A DNA stretch of 64,000 bases from Leucoraja erinacea. Lineage: Eukaryota. Each line of letters starts with the position of its first letter. The stretch's first letter is position 1. The notes under the pieces are model-generated. The model was not told where the DNA came from. It searched no databases and saw only the letters and a program-made list of their open reading frames with translations. The stretch is taken from positions 19,716,001 to 19,780,000 of the forward strand of contig NC_073398.1 of NCBI RefSeq assembly GCF_028641065.1, in the 5' to 3' direction. This document shows positions 59,721 through 64,000 of the stretch, piece by piece. Both the position numbers and the translations under genes were made by a program.

Positions 59721-60054
59721 TAAAAAAAATGCCCACTTGAGCGTAGTTTGTTATTCTGGAGACAGATATGGAGAGCAGCAACTTTTTTTTCCACCAGTGT
59801 AACAGAGAAAATTTGGCAACAACCCAGTCATTCCGTGCATTTTGTCCCTACCTCTTTCTTTCATTCCGTTTACTTAATTACTTGAGTTTAATTTCCCAGT
59901 AGCACTGTTGGGATTTGAATTCATGTCTCCTGTATCGGTAATCCAGAATTACGGTTCGAGATCAGAAGCTCATGAGGCAGAAGCAATTGGCACGTCACCA
60001 GTAATGTAGAAGGGCATTGATGCAACTTGCCCGGTGTCAAGTATTGTTTTCCAG

Positions 60055-60420
60055 CAGATACAAGGAACTTCAGTCACTGGAAATAGACAGAAAAAGTTGG
60101 AGTAACTCAGCGGGTCAGACAGCATCATTGGAGAAAAGCAATAGTTGATGTTTCGGGTCGAGACCCTTCTTCAGACCCTTCTTCAGTCTCGACGCAAAAT
60201 GTCACTTATTCCTTTTCTCCAGAAATGCTGCCTGACCTGCTGATTTACTCCAGCTGTTTGTGTCCATCTTTGGTTTAAACCAGCATCAACAGTTCCTCCT
60301 ACACATTCAGATGCTGGAAACCTGAGTAAAACACAAAGTACTGAAGTAACTCAGTGGATCAGACAGCTTCTTTGAAGGGAATGGGAAGGCAATGTTTCTG
60401 ATCGGGACCCTTCTTCAAAC
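60055..60420. mobile_element. Penelope fold-back element nested in an older Penelope arm
   Basis: Inverted arms at 60084-60305, flanked by the imperfect repeat ttcag...ctggaaa. Confidence 0.65.
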
Positions 60421-60489
60421 TTGTAGATATGGGGGGGGGGTTATAAGAATAGTATAGACAAACAAACTACATACATACATATATACATA

Positions 60490-60612
60490 TAACCTCGCTC
60501 AGTGGACGTCAGGAAAGGCTTGGGAGTATAGATAAGATTTTAGTCTTGACTTAAAGGAGTCGATGGAGGGGGCAGTTCTGATGGGAAGGGGGACGCTGTT
60601 CCACAGTCTAGG
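60490..60612 (-). mobile_element. L2-clade LINE ORF2 C-terminus
   Basis: PRLWNSVPLPIRTAPSIDSFKSRLKSYLYSQAF. Confidence 0.75.
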
Positions 60613-60617
60613 GAATT

Positions 60618-60755
60618 CACCTGTATCTGTACACTGCCAATGGCTCGATTGCAATCATGTATTGCCTTTCCGCTGGCAGGTTAGAATGCAACAATAGCTT
60701 TTCACTGTACCTCGGTACACGTGACAATTAACTAACTGAACTGAACTGCACTGCA
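60618..60755 (+). mobile_element. Rex1-type 3' tail
   Basis: tttcactgtacctcggtacacgtgacaat followed by (aactg)n. Confidence 0.7.
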
Positions 60756-60869
60756 CATACATTGAACACATTGGAAATAACATGTAAAATAAAAAAGATA
60801 CCCACAGCAATTGGTGACTGAATGGTTACATACCCATTTTGTTTTTTATCTATTGGGTCACAGGTTGTG

Positions 60870-61235
60870 AGGGTGCATCATTTGCAAGGCACGCATTTGT
60901 TGCCTACCCCCATTTATTCTGCAGTGAATTACTCGCTGGGCCATTCAAAGGGTAGTTAACAGTCAACCTGATTGATGTTGATCTGGAGCTGGGTTAGAAC
61001 TCAGACCGAATAAAAATGACAGATTACTTTCCCAAGAGGACAGTAGAGTCTTTATGTCAATCTGGCCGTCTGATTGGTATCATTGCTAATACTACCTTAG
61101 AAATTCCAGATGTGTTTAATTATTTCAATTCAAATTCCCTTATTACTGTGGAAGGATTCAACCTCTTGTCTGCAGATGAGTAGAGTAAGTCTCTGGATAA
61201 TATTTGAGTGGTTGAACCATTATCCCATCATACCC
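60870..61235 (-). mobile_element. Old tRNA-headed SINE remnant (related fragment at about 59865-59955)
   Basis: Shared aattccc...tgtgg..ggatt.aa.tc.tgtct motif, read as an inverted B-box region. Confidence 0.4.
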
Positions 61236-61654
61236 TCCAGTACTGTGTATTTAGTTACAGAGACCAAGAAGATTGTAGTTTAATTATTGGATGGCCCCAG
61301 GACACGAATGGCATTACATAAATTGTTTCAATCTCATTCTTCCACCCTCACCCCATTATCTCCACCACCCCACCCCCACCTTTCCCAATCTCTCCACTAA
61401 TGGATGATTATCCAGTAACACCGACTCAAAGGTATATGCTAGGGGTTAGCCGAATACAAGATCAAGTCAATGGTAAAAAGTCCATCAATAAATAACCTAG
61501 AGATGTGTGCCATACATTTTTGATTAGCAAACACTTCCATTAAGTAACCTGGTATGTATCATTATATTTAAGGCACGGTATAAATATAAGCTTTTAGTTG
61601 TTTTCATTTTCATTGTCATAATTCAGTGATCCAGAAAAAAAAAATCCCCAGGAG

Positions 61655-61787
61655 TGTGTAGGAAGGAACTGCAGCTGCTGGTTTAAACCAAAGATAGACA
61701 TAAAAAGCTGGAGTAACTCAGTGGGTCAGGCAGCGTTTCTGGAGAAAAGGAAGAGGTACCGTTTCAGGTCGGGACACTTCTTCAGAA
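61655..61787 (-). mobile_element. Penelope-derived pLTR arm
   Basis: gtgtgtaggaaggaactgcag...gacacttcttcaga. Confidence 0.7.
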
Positions 61788-63819
61788 TGCACATTTGGGC
61801 TTAGCCTGAAGTAAAACCCCGTCTTTAGAACTAAGGCAACACACTACTCTGCTGATGAAGGGGTGCAATGGCGAAAATCTTCATAGAGCAACATTCTAAA
61901 TAGGCACAGCATCTGAACAATTAATTAAGTTTGATGCATGCTGATTGTTAAACTTAATTATGTGCAACTTGTCACAAATGTCATCTTTTAATTCAACTTT
62001 CATCCAGCTTGCATTTCATGTTGTAGGGTTTCTTTTAATCTTTATCTTTTCCAGCTCATCATTTACAGTCGCTGTGTCATTTACAGCAGCTGAACATGAT
62101 GGGAAGATTATGAAAGAGGTTTAATTCTATAGCTGCATAATGCAATTGCTCCATAACATTTTGCCATTCCCCTACCGTTTCATTTGCAGGCCATCATGCC
62201 CTCTGAATTCAGCTTGAGTACTTGTGACTTATTCCAGCAGCTGAAGCTGCTCATATACCCTGTCACAGTCCATGTACCCCATCACTCCTCATGTAAGCTA
62301 TCACTGCACCCTTATCTTTCATCAAACTTTTCGTTTCACTTTCAGCCATTCATTGCAATTACTTTGGTTCAAAGTGTTGTCACTCCATCCCGTGGCAATC
62401 ATCTTATCCCCTTTGATTTGAGGAATTGAAATCACTTTCATTCATCTTCAGGTTTCTCATTCCTCGAAACATACTTTTCGATGAGTGCACTTTTCCTTGT
62501 TGATGCCAGAACTGTTATTAAACAGAGAAATGACAAGTTGAGTACATTTTAGACATTAGTAGGTTTCTCTGAGTAAAACGTACTTCACAAAACAGTTCAT
62601 TAAGGCTCGGTTTTTATTACAACCTGCTTATAAACCACAATTTCTTGTCTTTATTGTCTATGTGCCTATATTTCAATCTTAAAATGGTTATGAAACCATT
62701 TGATTTGCCACCTCCCATTCTTGCCAATTCATCTTAAAGAGCTTGTTTGCACTTTGAAGCTTATACATGAATATTTATATTACAATCACAAGAGCATTTA
62801 TTATTTATATGCCTTCCCATGCCTTCTTATGACTGAGGAGGGGGAGGTACCATGGTTATTTGAAGCTGTGTTAAATCAATATGTTTTCAGTCAATAAAAA
62901 TGTGTTTCTTAGCAGAACTAAATTGGCTCTTTGAAGCCGCACAAATAAAGCCTAATAAAGACACAATTGAACCATAAGCAAATATGTGGCTGTGTTATAT
63001 ATTGATTTGAGTTCATAAATTACATCCTATTTAAGGCTGAGCCTGACTTTAAGTATTTGCTCTCTATTTCTTTATGTTCATTCCATTATCTTCCAAGCTG
63101 ATCAGATCTTTAAAAGAAATTGAAGGATTTTTTAAAACTTGTGTTCCAGTACAAGTTATCGCTTCAGAATAACTTCTGATTGACATGGGTCATTGAAATC
63201 TATTTAAAGATTTGTTTGCGTTTTTTCCAAGTGGGCTTTTGTTTTCCCCACGTGTCTTATTTCTCCACGTCTCTGTTGATTTATGGAAGAAACCAAGAAA
63301 TCAGATAAAAGTAGTGCAAAGTAGATTTAATCTCTCCCGGCAGAATCCTATTTGCAATAATCTGTTTTTGTTAAATAGAGACAAAACGATTTGTTATCTA
63401 GGCAATGGCGGTGGGTGGCTGTGGCATTGCTTACTCTTGGGAACAAATGTGAGTCAGACAACGGTAACATTAGAGGGAATGTTAGGCTATTGAGATTTCA
63501 TAGAGCAGGTGTGGAATAGGGACTGTTCATTCAGAGCCTCTGAGCCACTGAACTTGTGTCTATAATTGCTGAGCGGCAAGTAAAACAATTGAAAAGCTAA
63601 TTCCAACATTAAATCATGATATTTACTTCATTTCAGTGTGACCACAAGGGTATTCTCGCTTACTTGTTTCCAAGGTGGAAACCCTCTTGCATTTATGTTA
63701 TCTCAAAGGCTGATGTAGTTATGAAATGCCATTCCATGTGCAGCATTAACATTTCCCAGTTAGAAAATGTGCAGCATTAGTATCATGTTGCATTTCGTTC
63801 TACTTAACGCTGCTCAGTT

Positions 63820-64000
63820 ACTGTGCAACCCAGAGTGGTTCTGACTGGGGGAAGTGACTCAGTTTCAAGAAGGGTCCCAACACAAAACATCACTTATCTA
63901 TCTTCTCCAGGATGCTGCCTGACCTGCTGAGTTATTCCAGCACCTTGTGCCTTTTATTGTAAACGATCAGGGTGGCACAGCAGTAGAGTTGCTGTCTTAC
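63820..64000 (+). mobile_element. Penelope arm followed by the start of an HE1-type SINE
   Basis: aagaagggtccc...gatgctgcctgacctgctgagttattccagc; ggtggcacagcagtagagttgctg at the window end. Confidence 0.65.

Overview
This is eukaryotic, repeat-dominated DNA from a cartilaginous fish. The assignment is an inference from HE1-type V-SINEs, HER1/CR1 LINE 3' ends and DeuSINE remnants, and a skate or ray is most likely. I can support no host protein-coding exon, so the window looks intronic or intergenic, with two assembly gaps. All recognisable ORFs are decayed transposon coding sequence: two DIRS-like tyrosine-recombinase retrotransposons, Vingi/Ingi, Rex1/Babar, CR1, RTE, L2 and Penelope fragments. 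Other elements are non-autonomous Helitrons carrying minisatellites, PIF/Harbinger-like MITEs, one solo LTR and one unclassified TIR element. The most interesting signals are: (i) many short Penelope-derived fold-back insertions with their own TSDs that carry a minimal hammerhead-ribozyme motif; (ii) a DIRS internal complementary region that spells the circle junction seen at the ends of a second copy; (iii) a Helitron family keeping a TATA-Inr-exon-donor module ahead of independently expanded minisatellites; (iv) a GC-rich non-autonomous retroposon family with interchangeable Rex1-like stem-loop/microsatellite tails. Several repeat-free AT/TAAT-rich blocks are candidate conserved non-coding elements. 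Family names come from motif recognition only, with no database search, and many boundaries are approximate.
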